A stretch of DNA of 64,000 bases from positions 147,250,001-147,314,000 of the forward strand of contig NC_091984.1 in the NCBI RefSeq assembly GCF_044704955.1, given 5' to 3'. A program made the position numbers and the translations under genes. Positions within the stretch are counted from its first letter, which is position 1. The number at the start of each line of letters is the position of its first letter. The notes below the pieces were generated by a model that was not told the origin of the DNA, searched no databases, and saw only the letters and a program-made list of their open reading frames with translations. This document shows, piece by piece, positions 1-13,429 of the stretch. This DNA is from Pristiophorus japonicus (Eukaryota).

Positions 1-778
1 ACTTACACTAACTACTTGACCAAGGTCGTGCCATTTCTTTTTACACTGGCTTCCAGATCTCATGGTATGCACCACTGCGCAGTAATCTTCTGCAACTTGG
101 TTCCAGCGTTTCTTCATTTCTTTCGGTGGCACTTTTATGTGACCTCTGTTGCTGGTATCGAGCTCCTGCTATCTCTGCTCAATGGCGTTAACTAATATCT
201 CCACTTCCTCATGCAAGAAATTCTTTGTTCTTGGTGGATGTTGTTCCATTGCTGTATTGAATTGAAACTCTTACTTTTCAAAACACAGTCCTTATTTTGC
301 ATGCACCTATGTAGAACCTGTTCTGGAAGTTTAGCGGTGAAAAGCAGCACTCACTGATTTCAGCAGGTGATTTCTTCAACAGTGCTGCTAAAAACACTCT
401 TTCAGACATCAAAATTCAATCCCAAGCCTTTCCAGAGGTCCACGAGACAAATCAGCACATTTCTTCAAGTTCCATTAAAATGGCCGAGTGCCAATGTTTA
501 TGGGCTACTGCGCGGGCGCGCGCGCTCCAACACGCATGGCGCAGGGCTGTCGGCAGGACGTTCTCTCATTTGACTTAGCCCCGCCCCCCTGCACTTGCAG
601 AATTGGCGCGACTCTGTGGCTCCGCCCCCTGCTGATGTCTGTGCGCCGCGCCGAGCTGCGAGGGACCTGCAGGGAGCCCGAGAATTGCAAGGTACATTTT
701 TGTCGCGCTTTTAGGCACGAAAAACGGGTGTCCATGTCGGGGCTGCGCCGTTCTAGGCGCGGCCTGAAACTTGACCCC
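1..778 (-). mobile_element. PIF/Harbinger transposon end (TIR plus Myb/SANT gene exon 1); inverted duplicate of the element starting at 40780, runs off the window
   Basis: TIR GAAACTTGACCCC ends at 778, followed by TGA and the same CR1 flank as at 40780. The minus strand from 249 reads MEQHPPRTKNFLHEEVEILVNAIEQR*...KRWNQVAE...SQCKKKWHDL, then a GTAAGT donor. Confidence 0.9.
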
Positions 779-1020
779 TGAGACTCCTCAGCCCTCTGGG
801 GTAGAGAATTCCAGAGATTCACCACCCTCTGAGTGAAGAGGTTTCTCCTCATCTCAGTCCTAAATGGCCGACCTCTTATTCTGAGACTGTGACCCCTGGT
901 TCTAGACTCCCCGGCCAGAGGAAACATCCTCCCAGCATCTACCCTGTCAAGCCCTGTCAGAATTGTGTATGTTTCAATGGGATGCCCTCTCATTCTTCTA
1001 AACTCTAGAGAGTATAGGCC
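779..1020 (-). mobile_element. CR1 LINE ORF2 C-terminal fragment (Harbinger target site)
   Basis: Translates GLYSLEFRRMRG...TRGHSLRIRGRPFRTEMRRNLFTQRVVNLWNSLP. Confidence 0.85.
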
Positions 1021-1319
1021 TTGGAACTTGTGGAACCAAGGCGGGTAGATGGAGTTCAGATACAGATGAGCCGTGATCTGATTGAATGGGGGAACAGGCC
1101 CGAGGGGCTGAATGGCCTCCTCCTGTTCATTATGTCCAGCAGCAGCTGTGAACCTCTCCGCAACCTCATCTTGACTTTTATCAGTCACATCAGAGCCTTG
1201 ATCCCCTCACCAGGGGGCTGGTGTTTCCAGATCAATGTCCAACTGATCGATGCCATGAGTCAGACTCAGTGAGTGCTGTCAGTGGATGGAAAGGCTGCTC
1301 TAACTACAGCCTTGTTCTA

Positions 1320-1590
1320 ATGTATATGGGGAGGGGCAACAAGGCAAGGGAATACACAATAAATGGGAGGGTACTGAGAGGGGTGGAGGAACGGAGGGAC
1401 CTTGGAGTGCATGTCCACAGATCCCAGAAGGTAGCTGGCCAGGTCGATAAGGTGGTTAAAAAGGCATACGGAATACTTGCCTTTATTAGCCGAGGCATAG
1501 AATACAAGAGCAGGGAGGTTATGCTTGAACTGTATAAATCACTATTTAGGCCACAGCTAGAGTACTGCGTACAGTTCTGGTCATCACAGG
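1320..1590 (+). mobile_element. CR1 LINE RT fragment
   Basis: Translates RDLGVHVH...KKAYGILAFISRGIEYKSREVMLELYKSLFRPQLEYCVQFWS. Confidence 0.85.
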
Positions 1591-1599
1591 CTATGGACC

Positions 1600-4500
1600 C
1601 ATAGAAACATAGAAACATAGAAAATAGCTGCAGGAGTAAGCCATTCGGCCCTTCGAGCCTGCACCATCATTCAATAAGATCATGGCTGATCATTCCCTCA
1701 GTACCCCTTTCCTGCTTTCTCTCCATACCCCTTGATCCCTTTAGCCGAAAGGGCCATATCTAACTCCTTCTTGAATATATGCAATGAACTGGCATCAATA
1801 ACTCTCTGCGAGAGGTAATTCCACAGGTTAACAACTCTCTGAGTGAAGAAGTTTCTCCTCATCTCAGTCCCAAATGGCATACCCCTTATCCTAAGACTGT
1901 GTCCCCTGGTTCTGGAGTTCCCCATCATCGGATTCATTCTTCCTGCATCTAACCTGGCCAGTCCCATCAGAATCTTATTGGTTTCTATGAGATACCCTCT
2001 CATCCTTCTAAACTCCAGTGTCTAAATGCCCAGTTGATCCAGTCTCTCCTCATAAGTCAGCCCTGCCACCCCGTGAATCAGTCTGGTGAACCTTCGCTGC
2101 ACTCCCTCAATAGCAAGAACAGCCTTCCTCAGATTAGGAGACCCAAACAGAACACAATGTTCCAGGTGAGGCATCACATAGGCCCTGTATAACTGCAGTA
2201 AGACCTCCCTGCTCCTATACACAAATCCCCTAGCTATGAAGACCAACATACCATTTGCCTTCTTCACCGACTGCTGAACCTGCATGCCAACTTTCAATGA
2301 CTGATGAAGCATGACACCCAAGTCTCATTGCACCTTGCACTTTCCTAATCTGCCGCCATTCAGATAATATTCTGCCTTCGTGTTTTTGCCCCCAAAGTGG
2401 ATAACCTCACATTTATCCACATTATACTGCATCTGCCATGCATTTGCCCACTCACCTAACCTGTTCAAGTCACTCTGCAGCCTTTTAGCATCCCCCTCAC
2501 AGCTCACACCGCCACCCAGTTTAGTCTCATCTGCAAACTTGGAGATATTACATTCAATTCCTTCATCTAAATCATTGATGTATATTGTAAAGAGCTGGGG
2601 TCCCAGCACTGAGCCCTGCGGCACCCCACTAGTCACTGCCTGCCATTCTGAAAAGGACGTGTATATCCCGACTCTCTGCTTCCTGTCTGCCAACCAGTTC
2701 TCTCTCCACGTCAGTATATTATCCCAATACCATGTGCTTTGCTATTGCACACCAATCTCTTGTGTGGGACCTTGGCAAAAGCCTTTTGAAAGTCCAAATA
2801 CACCATATCCACTGGTTCTCCCTTGTCCACTCTACTAGTTACATCCTCAAAAAATTCCAGAAGATTCGTCAAGCATGATTTCCCTTTCATAAATCCATGC
2901 TAACTTGGACCGATCCTGTCACTGCTTTCCAAATGCGCTGCTATTTCATCTTTAATAATTGATTCCAACATTTTCCCCACTACTCATGTCAGGCTAACCG
3001 GTCTATAATTACCCATTTTCTCTCCCTGCATTTTTAAACAGTGGTGTTACATTAGCTACCCTCCAGTCCATAGGAACTGATCCAGATTCAATCGACCGTT
3101 GGAAAATGATCATCAATGCATCCACTATTTCTAGGGCCACATCCTTAATACTCTGAGATGCAGACTATCAGGCTCCGGGGATTTATCGGCCTTCAATCCC
3201 ATCAATTTCCCTAACACAATTTCCCACTTTATAAGGACATCCTTCAGTTCCTCCTTCTCACTAGATCGTCGGTTCCCTAGTATTTCCGGAAGGTTATTTG
3301 TATCTTCCTTTGTGAAAACAGAACCAAAGTATTTGTTTAACTGGTCCGCCATTTCTTTGTTCCCCATTATAAATTCACCTGAATCTGACCGCAAGGGACT
3401 TACGTTTGTTTTCACTAATCTTTTTCTCTTCACATATCTATAAAAGCTTTTCCAGTCAGTTTTTATTTTCCCAGCAAGCTTCCTCTCATATTCTATTTTC
3501 TCCCTCCTAATTAAACCCTTTGTCCTCCTCTGCCGTACTGCAGAATTCTCCCAGCCCTCAGGTTTGCTGCCTTTTCTGGCCTATTTATATGCCTCTTCCT
3601 TGCATTTAACACTATCCTTAATTTCCCTTGTTCGCCACGGTTGAGCCGCCTTCCCCGTTTTATTTTTACTCCAGACAGGGATGTACAATTGTTGAAGTTC
3701 ATCCCTGTGATCTTTAAATGTTTGCCATTGCCTATCCACCGTCCACCCTTTAAGTATCATTTACCAGTCTTTTCTAGCCAATTCACATCTCATACCATTG
3801 AAGTTACCTTTCCCCAAGTTCACGAACCTAGTCTCTGAATTAACTGTGTCACTCTCCATCTTAATAAAGAATTCTACCATATTATGGTCACTCTTCCCCA
3901 AGGGGCCTCACACAACAAGATTATTAATTCGTCCTTTCTCATTACACATCACCCAGCCTAGGATGGCCAGCCCTCTAGTTGGTTCATCGATATATTGGTC
4001 TAGAAAACCATCCCTAATACATTCCAGGACATCCTCCTCCACCGCATTGCTACCAGTTTGGTGAGCCCAGTCAATATGTAGATTGAAGTCGTCCATGATA
4101 ACTGCTGTACCTTTATTGCACACATCCCTAATTTCTTGTTTGATGCTGTCCCCATCCTCATTAGTACTGTTTGGTGGTCTGTACATAACTCCCACTAACG
4201 TTTTCTGCCCTTCGGTATTCCGTATTTCCACCCATACAAATTCCACATCATCCAAGCTAATGTCCTTCCTTAATATTGTATTAATTTCCTCTTTAACCAG
4301 CAACACCACCCACCTCCTTTTCCTTTCTGTCTATCCTTCCTAAATGTTGAATATCCCTGGATGTTGAGTTTCCAGCCTTGGTCACCCTGGAGTCATGTCT
4401 CCGTGATGCCAGTTACATCATATCCGTTAACTGTTATCTGCGCAATTAATTCTTCCACCTTATTCCGAATACTCCTCGCATTGAGGCACAGAGTCTTCAG

Positions 4501-5760
4501 GCTTCTCTTTTTAACGCCCTTTGTCCCTTTAGGATTTTGCTGTAATGTGGCCCTTTTTGCTTTTTGCCTTGGGTTTCTCTGCCCTCCACTTTTACTTTTC
4601 TTCTTTCTATCTTTTGCTTCTGCAAACACTCCCCCTAGGACATTGGTTCCAGTCCTGCCCAGGTGCAGACCGTCCGGTTTGTACTGGTCCCACCTCCCCC
4701 AGAACTGGTTCCAATGCCCCAGGAATTTGAATCCCTCCCTTCTGCACCACTCCTCAAGCCATGTAGTCATCTGAGCTATCCTACGATTCCTACTCTGACT
4801 AGCACGTGGCACTGGTAGAAATCCTGAGATTACTACTTTTTAATTTAGCTCCTAGCTCCCTAAATTCGTCTTGTCGGACCTCATCCTGTTTTTTACCTAT
4901 ATCCTTGGTACCTATATGCATCACGACAACTGGCTGTTTACACACACCCTTAAAAATGTCCTGCACCCGCTCCGAGACATCCTTGACCCTTGCACCAGGG
5001 AGGCAACATACCATCCTGGGGTCTCGGTTGCGGCCGCAGAAATGTCTGTCTATTCCCCTTACAATAGAATCCCCTATCACTATAGCTCTCCCACTCTTTT
5101 TCCTGCCCTCCTATGCAGCAGAGCCACCCATGGTGCCATGGAGTTGGCTGCTGCTGCCCTCCCCTGATGAGTCATCCCCCTCAACAGTACCCAAAGCAGT
5201 GTATCTGTTTTGCAGGGGGATGACCGCAGGGGATTCCTTCCACTGCTCTTCCTGTTGGCCACCCATCCCCTATCTGGCTGTGTAACCTTTATCTGCGGTA
5301 AGACCAACTCACGAAATGTGCTATGTACGACATCCTCAGCATCGCGCATGCTTCAGAGTGAATCCACCCGCAGCTCCCGTGCCGCAATTCGGTCTGTCAG
5401 GAGCTGCAGCCGGATACACTTCCCGCATATGTAGTCGTCAGGGACACTGGAAGCGTTCCTGACTTCCCACATAGTACAGGAGGAGCAAAACACGTGTCCG
5501 AGCTCTCCTGCCATGACTTAACCTCTAGATTAACTTAATTTGGCAAAAATAATGCTAAAGCTTACTTCCTGATAAAGAAAAGAAAAAGAAAAAACTACTG
5601 ACCAATCACTTACCCCCTTGGCTGTGACGTCACCTTTCGATTTCTTTCTACTTCTTTTTTGTTTTCTCTCCCTGCTGCAGCTGCACCAGCTGGGCCTTTA
5701 TAGGTCGCTCCGACGTCCCCGAACCTCTTGCTGTCATGTCTCACTTCGTTTTCTTTTTCT
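1600..5760 (-). mobile_element. Near full-length decayed CR1 LINE: ORF1 SGNH esterase, ORF2 APE-RT, (ATGTTTCT)n tail
   Basis: ORF1 IGDSIVRG...DGLHL; endonuclease MYRPPNS and IMDDFNL; RT GVPQGSVLGP and KFADET; 8-bp tail repeats at 1600-1625; many stops and frameshifts. Confidence 0.92.
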
Positions 5761-6429
5761 CCCAGGTCGGGGAGTCAGCACTAGTAGGGGAAACAAGACA
5801 AAGCAACACTTCCCGCTCCCACTTGCCCGAACTCACCCACTTACCAAACTCTTACCTTTGCACTCTGACCTGCCGCAGCACCCCAACCCAGAGCTGGAAA
5901 GTGGGATTAGGCTGAGTAGCTCTTTGTTGGCCGGCGCGGACACGATGGGCCGAAATGGTCTCCTTCAGTGCTGTAATTTTCTGTGATTCTATGATCGTGC
6001 TGGTGGTGTTGACCACTTCAAAAGTCGCAGCAGACATTTTATTGAAGCTATTTCCATTCCCGGTTTCCCCGCTGCCAATAATTGGATCAATCTATGCTGT
6101 AGCTCCCCCTTGTGGTATATCTATATATGCTCCACCCAAACCCCTGCTTTCAACCCTTGAACCCACATTGTCTATGCTAGCAGGAGCCCCGCTCCTTAAT
6201 CACAGCATCTCACAGCACAGAGGGAGGCCAATAGGCCCATCAAACCTGTGCTGGCTCTTTGAAAGAGCTATGGACTACTATGGCCAGGGCTAAAGATCCA
6301 GAGACACGAGTTCACATTCCACCATGGCAGCTGGGGAATTTAAATTCAGTTAATTAAATAAATCTGGAATAAAAAGCTAGTGTCAGTAATGGTGACCATG
6401 AAAATGCCGGATTGTCGTAAAAAATGATC

Positions 6430-9400
6430 TACCTGGCCTGCTACCTTTTGGGATCTGTCAACATGCATACCAAGGTCCCGTTGTTACACAAAACTCCTCA
6501 GTGTCCCACAATTTAATATGTATTCCCTTGTCTTGTTATCATTCCCCAAAAGCATTAACTCACACTTCTCTGGATTAAATTCCATTTGCCAATGTTCTGC
6601 CCACCTGACCATTTCATTGATATCTTCCAGCAGTCGACAGCTTTCTTCTAAATTATAAACAACACAGCCGATTTTAGAATCGTCTGCAAACTTCTTAATC
6701 ATACCCCCTGCATTCAAGTCTAAATCATTGATATATACCACAAAAAGTAAGGGACCTAGTACTGAGCCCTGCAGAACCCCACTGAAACAGCTTCTAGTCA
6801 CAAAAACACCCATCAACCATTACCCTTTGTTTCCTGCCTCTGAGCCAATTTTGGATCCAACTTTCCATTTTGCCCTGGATCCCATGGGCTTTTACTTTCG
6901 TGACCAGTCTGCAATGTGGGACCTTATCAAAAGTCTTGCTAAAATCCATATACACAACATCATACTCACTGCCCTCATCGATCCTCCTTATTACTTCCTC
7001 GATGAATTCAATGAACAAATCCATGCTGATGGTCCTTGATTAATCCGTCTATCTAAATGAAGATTATCCTGTCTCTCAGGATTTTTTCCAATAATTTTCC
7101 CACCATGAGGTTAGGCTGACTGGCCTGTAATTACTCGGGCTATCCCTTTCTCACTTTTAAACAAAGGTACAACATTAGCAGCCCTCCAGTCATCTGGCAC
7201 CACACCTGTAGCCAGAGTGGATTGGAAAATGTTGGTCAGAGCCTCTGCTATTTCCTCTTTTGATTCTCTTAACAGCCTGGAATACATTTTATCCGGGCCT
7301 GGGGATTTATCCACATTCAAAGCTGCTAAGCCCCTTAATACTCCCTCTCTCACTATGTTTATTTCATCTAATATTTCACACTCCTCCTCCCTAATTGCAA
7401 TGTCTGCATCGCCCCTCTCTTTTGTGAAAAGAGACGCAAAGTTTTCATTGAGAACCATTTCCACATCTTATGCCGCCACATACAGATTACCTTTATGGTC
7501 TCTAATAGGCCCTACTCTCTCTTTAATTATCCTCTTGCTCTTAATGTATTTATAAAACAGCTTTGTGTTTTCCTTGATTTTACTTGCCAAAATGTTTTCA
7601 TGCTCTCTCTTTGCTTTCCTAATTTCCTTTTTAATTGCACCCCTGCACTTTCTATACTCCTCTAAAGTTCCTGCAGTATTGAGCCCTCGGTATCTGTCAT
7701 AAGCCTCCCTTTTTTACTTTATTCTACACTGTATTTCCCTTGACATCTAGGGGCCTCTAGATTTGTTAGTCCCACCCTTTTTCTTTAAGGAAACAGACTT
7801 ACTCTGAAACCACAGGATTTCCTCCTTGAATGCCTCCCACTGCTCTGACACTGATTTACCTTCAAGTAGCCATTTCCAGCCCACTTTGGCCAAATCACAT
7901 CTCAGCTCAGCAAAATTGGCTTTTCCCCAATTGAGAACTTTTATTCCGGTCTATCTTTGTCCTTTTCCATAACTACCCTAAATCGAATTGAATTATGATC
8001 ACTAGCACCAAAATGCTCTCCCACTGATACCCCTTTCACCTACCCCTCTTCATTCCCCAAAACCAAGTCCAGAACCGTCCCCTCCCTTGTTGGGCTTGTT
8101 TCATACTGGCTAACAAAGTTCTCCTGAATGCATTTTTGGAATTCCGCACCCTCTATACCTTTCACACTAATTTTATCCCAGTTATTATTAGGGTAGTTGA
8201 AATCCTCTACTATTGCTGCCCTACAGTTTTTGCACTTGTCAGAAATGTGCCTACAAATTTGCTCTTCTATCTCCTTCTGATGGGATGAGGTCCTACAGGC
8301 AGAGTTTAGGGAGCTAGGTGAGAGATTAAAAAGCAAGACCTCAAAGGTAGTAATCTCAGTATTATTTCCGGTGCCACGTGCTAGTGAGTACAGAAATAGG
8401 AGGATAGAGCAGATGAATGCGTAGCTGGAGAGATGGTGCAGGAGGGAGGGCTATAGTGTCCTGAGGCAATGGGATTGTTTCTGTGGGAGGTGGGACCTGT
8501 ACAAGCCGGACAGGTTGCACCTCAACAGAGCCGGGACCAATATCCTCGCGGCGGGGTTTGCTAGTGCTGTTGGGGAGGGTTTAAGCTAGGTTGGTAGGGG
8601 GATGGGAACTGGAGAATAGATTCAGTGGGGAGAGAAGCAAAGCTGGAATTGGAAAAGTAGAAAGTGAATCTGGAAGACAGAGGAAACAAAGCCGAGAAAA
8701 TAGATAGCAAGGCAGTTTGGCAGAGCTCAATGGTATATACTTCAATGCAAGGTGTATAGGTAAATGGGCTTGTTACATACTGGCTAAAAAAGTTCTCCTG
8801 GATGCATCTTAGGAATTCCACACCCTCTATACCTTTCACACTAATTTTATCCCAGTTAATATCAGGGTAGTTGAAATCCCCGACTATTACTGCCCTATAG
8901 ATTTTGCACTTGTCAGAAATGTGCCAACATATTTGCTCTTCTTTCTCCCTCTGACTGTTTGGGGGTCGATAGTACACTCCCAGCAGCGTGATTACCCCTT
9001 TTTCATTCTTCAATTCAATCTATATGGCCTCATTTGATGATCCTTCCGACATATCATCCCTCCTCACAGCTGTAATTGTTTCTTTCAATTGTTTCACAAC
9101 TGTTTCGGAGATTACTACCTTTGAGCTCTTGCTTTTTAATCTCTCTCCCAACCCCCTAAACTCTGCCTGTAGGACCTCATCCCTCTTTCTACCTATGCCA
9201 TTGGTACCGATATGGACCACAACCTCTGGCTGTTCACCCTCCCCCTCAGAATGTACTGCAGCCTCTCAGTGACATACTTGACCCTGGCACCAGGCAGGCA
9301 ACATACCATCCTGGAGTCACGTCTGCGGCCGCAGAAATGCCTGTCTGTTCCCCTAACTATCGAATCCCCTACCACGATTGCTCTTCCACTCTTCTTCCTC

Positions 9401-9840
9401 CCCCCTGTGCAGCTGAGCCACCCGTGGTGCCGTGGACTTGGCTCTGGCTGCACTTCCTAGAGGCACCATCGCCCCCACCAGTACTCAGAACACAATACTG
9501 GTTGGAGAGCGAGATGGACTCAGGGGACTCCTGCACTACCTGCCTGGACTTACTCTTCTGTCTGGTGGTCACCCATTCCCTCTCTGCCTGCACACTCTTA
9601 AGCTGCGGGGTGGCCACCTCTAGAAACGTGCTATCCACGAAGTTCTCAGCCTCGCGGATGCACCGCAGTGACTCCAGCCGCCGCTCAATCTCCGAAACGC
9701 GGAGCTCGAGTTGCTGTCGCTGGTGACACTTCCTGCACATGTGGTCGTCCCGGCCACGAGAAGTGTCCAGGACTTCCCACATGGCACAGGATGTGCTCTC
9801 CACGGGACAGAACTGCCCTGCCATGCCTCTATTTAATAGA
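6430..9840 (-). mobile_element. Second decayed CR1 LINE (ORF1 zinc finger/esterase plus ORF2) with an internal inversion at about 8280-8760
   Basis: ORF1 MAGQFCPVESTSCAMWE...CRKC and GDSIVRG; endonuclease YYRPPNS/VGDFNYP; RT YMDFSKTFDKVPH, QGSVLGP, FADD. Confidence 0.88.
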
Positions 9841-9996
9841 CTGAGAACTAACTTAGTAGAAATAAATTAAAAATAAAATAAAGCAAATAACTGCCTGGCC
9901 AACATCATTCAGGCCATAATTTCTGGATTTATTCACCCGACTGAGGGCGAACACTGTTGATGGGCCATTAATGGGCCTTAAGTTTTCAGTTCAGTC

Positions 9997-10899
9997 AGCT
10001 GTGGCTTAATGGGCAGCACACTCACCTCTGAGTCTGAAGGTTGTGGGTTCAAGTCCCATTCTAGAGACTAAACTCAAAAAATCTTGACTGATAGTCCCAG
10101 TGCAGAGCTGAGGGAGTGCTGCATTGTTGGAGGGGCCATCTTTCAGACTAGACATTAAACTGAGCCCCTGTGTGCTCTCTCAGGTGGGCGTGAATGATCC
10201 CGTGCCACTATTTTGAAGAAGAGCAGGGGAGTTCTCCCCGGTGTCCTGGCCAATATTTATCCCTCAATCAACATCACAGAAACAGATTGGGGACAAAATT
10301 CCCCCGCCGGGGGCGCTAACGGGGTGTGACAGTGTTCTCCCCCAGGAGTGGGGGGTATACCGGTTCCCGTGGGTTTTAGCAGAGACGCAAAATGGAAAGT
10401 GTCCCGTGAGCCGTGTCCGTGCCAGGTCTGAGGGTCATGAACCGGGCGGCACTTCGCTCGCGGGGTGAAGCTTACCGCAAGGTGCGTGCCGCCGCGCCCC
10501 GCCATTTGTTTTTGCCGACTTACCGGTTGGGCCTTTCTGTGCCGATGTGGCGGGGTTGGTGCCGCGATGGTGCAGCCCGACACTCGCCCCCGAGCCCACC
10601 CCCAGGGGAAGTGCAGTGCACCACATTGCGCTCCACTTCCTGTCAGGGGCCGTGACCCCAATTTCACTACCAGGCAGGAATTGGGCGTGGGAAAAGTTAC
10701 CGCCCCAATCGGGGCGATACGCAATTTAGGCCCATTATCTGGTCATAGTCACATGTGGGAGCTTGCTGTGCATAAACTATCTGTCGTGTCTCCTCCATTA
10801 CCGCAGTGACTACACTTCAAAAGTACTTCGTTGGCTGAAAAGCGCTTTCGGACATCCTGAGGTGGTGAAAGACGCTATATAAATGCAATTCTTTCTTTC
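9997..10899 (+). mobile_element. tRNA-derived shark SINE (SacSINE/DeuSINE-like), interrupted by a MITE
   Basis: Head with box A/B (GTGGCTTAATGGG...GGTTCAAGTCC); core GAAGAAGAGCAGGGGAGTTCTCCC; L2-type tail GCTATATAAATGCAATTCTTTCTTTC. Confidence 0.85.
10289..10733. mobile_element. GC-rich non-autonomous DNA transposon (Harbinger-like MITE) inserted in the SINE
   Basis: Ends GGGGACAAAATT...AATTTAGGCCC with ATT on both sides; the SINE sequence ACAG|ATT|ATCTGGTCAT resumes after it. Confidence 0.65.
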
Positions 10900-12046
10900 C
10901 AATTCAGCTCAACATCTTTGAATCTCAAACCCGCGGACAGTGATGGACAGGTAAAGATCCTGTGGTCCATCCAGCCCGTCCCACACAATTGTGATACCTT
11001 GTGTATCACAGTCTCGACTCTCCACCCCACCCAAAACTACCTGATCTCCTGGGAGAGGCGAAAAACCAGCTAAAAAACCCATTGGCGGGAAATAAATCTG
11101 GGAAACTCCTCTCCGACCCCCACCCCGCCCCCGCTCCCCAGGCGATGGAAACTAGTCCAGGAAGTCAATGTGGCCCTGAATTCCCTGCAGTAACTACCTT
11201 CTGTAAGTGGTGATCTCCGCACCGGCCACAAACAGGTCCTGCTCTCGCTTATGTACAGTTCATGGATTTAAAATTACAAGCTTTCCCCACAGTGTCAAGT
11301 GCTGCAAATACTGTGTTACATTATCAGGGTTATATTCTCACTGTCTGTCATTGTCACAACACTCGCTATATAAATGCAAGTTGTTGTTGTGTTCAGGGGC
11401 CGCTGTATCTGGCTCAGGCTTCTTATCCAACCCCCCTTCCCTTCCCCCTCCATTGGGGGCCGTGCCTTCAGCTGCCTGGACCCTAACTCCCTGCTCCCTG
11501 AACCTCTCTGCCACTCCACCCCTCTCCTCTTTTAAGATCTCCTTCAAACCCAATCTGTGACTGAGTGTTTTGATCACCCTCCCAGCTCCTCCTCCTTTGG
11601 CTCAGCACCACTTTGACCAGATTACGCCTCTGACAGCTGCCTCGGGATGTTGTTTTAATGTTCCAGTTGCTATAGCAATGCAGGTTGTTGCTGCTGTACC
11701 TGGTGGCAGAGCGTCTCTGTGTGGATATACCCCGTGCACTGAGCTCCGCGGTGAGGCCTCCCCCAGTGGAATGGCCTGCCGATGCTCGCTGCAGTGCGGG
11801 GTGGCTGCTGACCCACCATTCGGTCTGAGACACCGCCTCACGAGCGGACGAGGAGATACACGCTGAGATCCACCATCAAATTACACGTAGGGAACTGGAA
11901 ATGATTCTGCAAACCTGACTGGAGGTTTGGTACAAACGGGTTTTACAAACCAATCAATTGAGTGACACAGAATTTGTGAAAAAATTTGGTCTTTTCAGAA
12001 CCAACATCGCCCCCTGTTGGTATGAAGATAACACTGCCAATTTCCA

Positions 12047-13340
12047 AAGGGCAAAAAACCTCAGTGGGAGTTGTGTACAGACCTCCAAGCAGTAGTAGTG
12101 ATGTTGGGGAGGGCATCAAACAGGAAATTAGGAGTGCATGCAATAAAGGTACAGCAGTTATAATGGGTGACTTTAATATGCACATAGATTGGGCTAGCCA
12201 AACTGGAAGCAATACGGTGGAGGAGGATTTCCTGGAGTGCATAAGGGATGGTTTTCTAGACCAATATGTCGAGGAACCAACTAGTGGGGAGGCCATCTTA
12301 GACTGGGTGTTGTGTAATGAGAGAGCATTAATTAGCAATCTCATTGTGCGAGGCCCCTTGGGGAAGAGTGACCATAATATGGTGGAATTCTGCATTAGGA
12401 TGGAGAATGAAACAGTTAATTCAGAGACCATGGTCCAGAACTTAAAGAAGGGTAACTTTGAAGGTATGAGGCGTGAATTGGCTAGGATAGATTGGCGAAT
12501 GATACTTAAGGGGTTGACTGTGGATGGGCAATGGCAGACATTTAGAGACCGCATGGATGAATTACAACAATTGTACATTCCTGTCTGGCGTAAAAATAAA
12601 AAAGGGAAGGTGGCTCAACCGTGGCTATCTAGTGAAATCAGGGATAGTATTAAAGCCAAGGAAGTGGTATACAAATTGGCCAGAAATGGCAGCGAACCTG
12701 GGGACTGGGAGAAATTTAGAACTCAGCAGAGGAGGACAAAGGGTTTGATTAGGGCAGGGAAAATGGAGTACGAGAAGAAGCTTGCAGGGAACATTAAGGC
12801 GGATTGCAAAAGTTTCTATATGTATGTAAAGAGAAAAAGGTTAGTAAGGACAAACGTAGGTCCCCTGCAGTCAGAATCAGGGGAAGTCATAACGGGGAAC
12901 AAAGAAATGGCAGACCAATTGAACAAGTACTTTGGTTCAGTATTCACTAAGGAGGACACAAACAACCTTCCGGATATAAAAGGGGTCAGAGGGTCTAGTA
13001 AGGAGGAGGAACTGAGGGAAATCTTTATTAGTCGGGAAATTGTGTTGGGGAAATTGATGGGATTGAAGGCCGATAAATCCCCAGGGCCTGATGGACTGCA
13101 TCCCAGAGTACTTAAGGAGGTGGCCTTGGAAATAGCGGATGCATTGACAGTCATTTTCCAACATTCCATTGACTCTGGATCAGTTCCTATCGAGTGGAGG
13201 GTAGCCAATGTAACCCCACTTTTTAAAAAAGGAGGGAGAGAGAAAGCAGGGAATTATAGACCGGTCAGCCTGACCTCAGTAGTGGGTAAAATGATGGAAT
13301 CAATTATTAAGGATGTCATAGCAGCGCATTTGGAAAATGT
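12047..13340 (+). mobile_element. CR1 LINE ORF2 fragment (endonuclease to RT N-terminus), uninterrupted frame
   Basis: ORF 11986-13398 contains VYRPP, MGDFN, LGKSDHN, KSPGPDGLHPRVLKE and GNYRPVSLTS. Confidence 0.92.
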
Positions 13341-13429
13341 CCGGTTGTATATGAATGCACCTCAGTTCTTTCTTGGGGATTTGGATTTAAGGATTTAAAT
13401 TATTGTTGATAGAAATGGCCAGAAAGCTG

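Noticed and set aside
9997-10070. tRNA gene
   Set aside because: The box A/B head continues into a SINE body, so it is a tRNA-derived SINE.
11986-13398. 470-aa ORF as a cellular gene
   Set aside because: It is an internal CR1 ORF2 fragment whose ends read into unrelated flanks.
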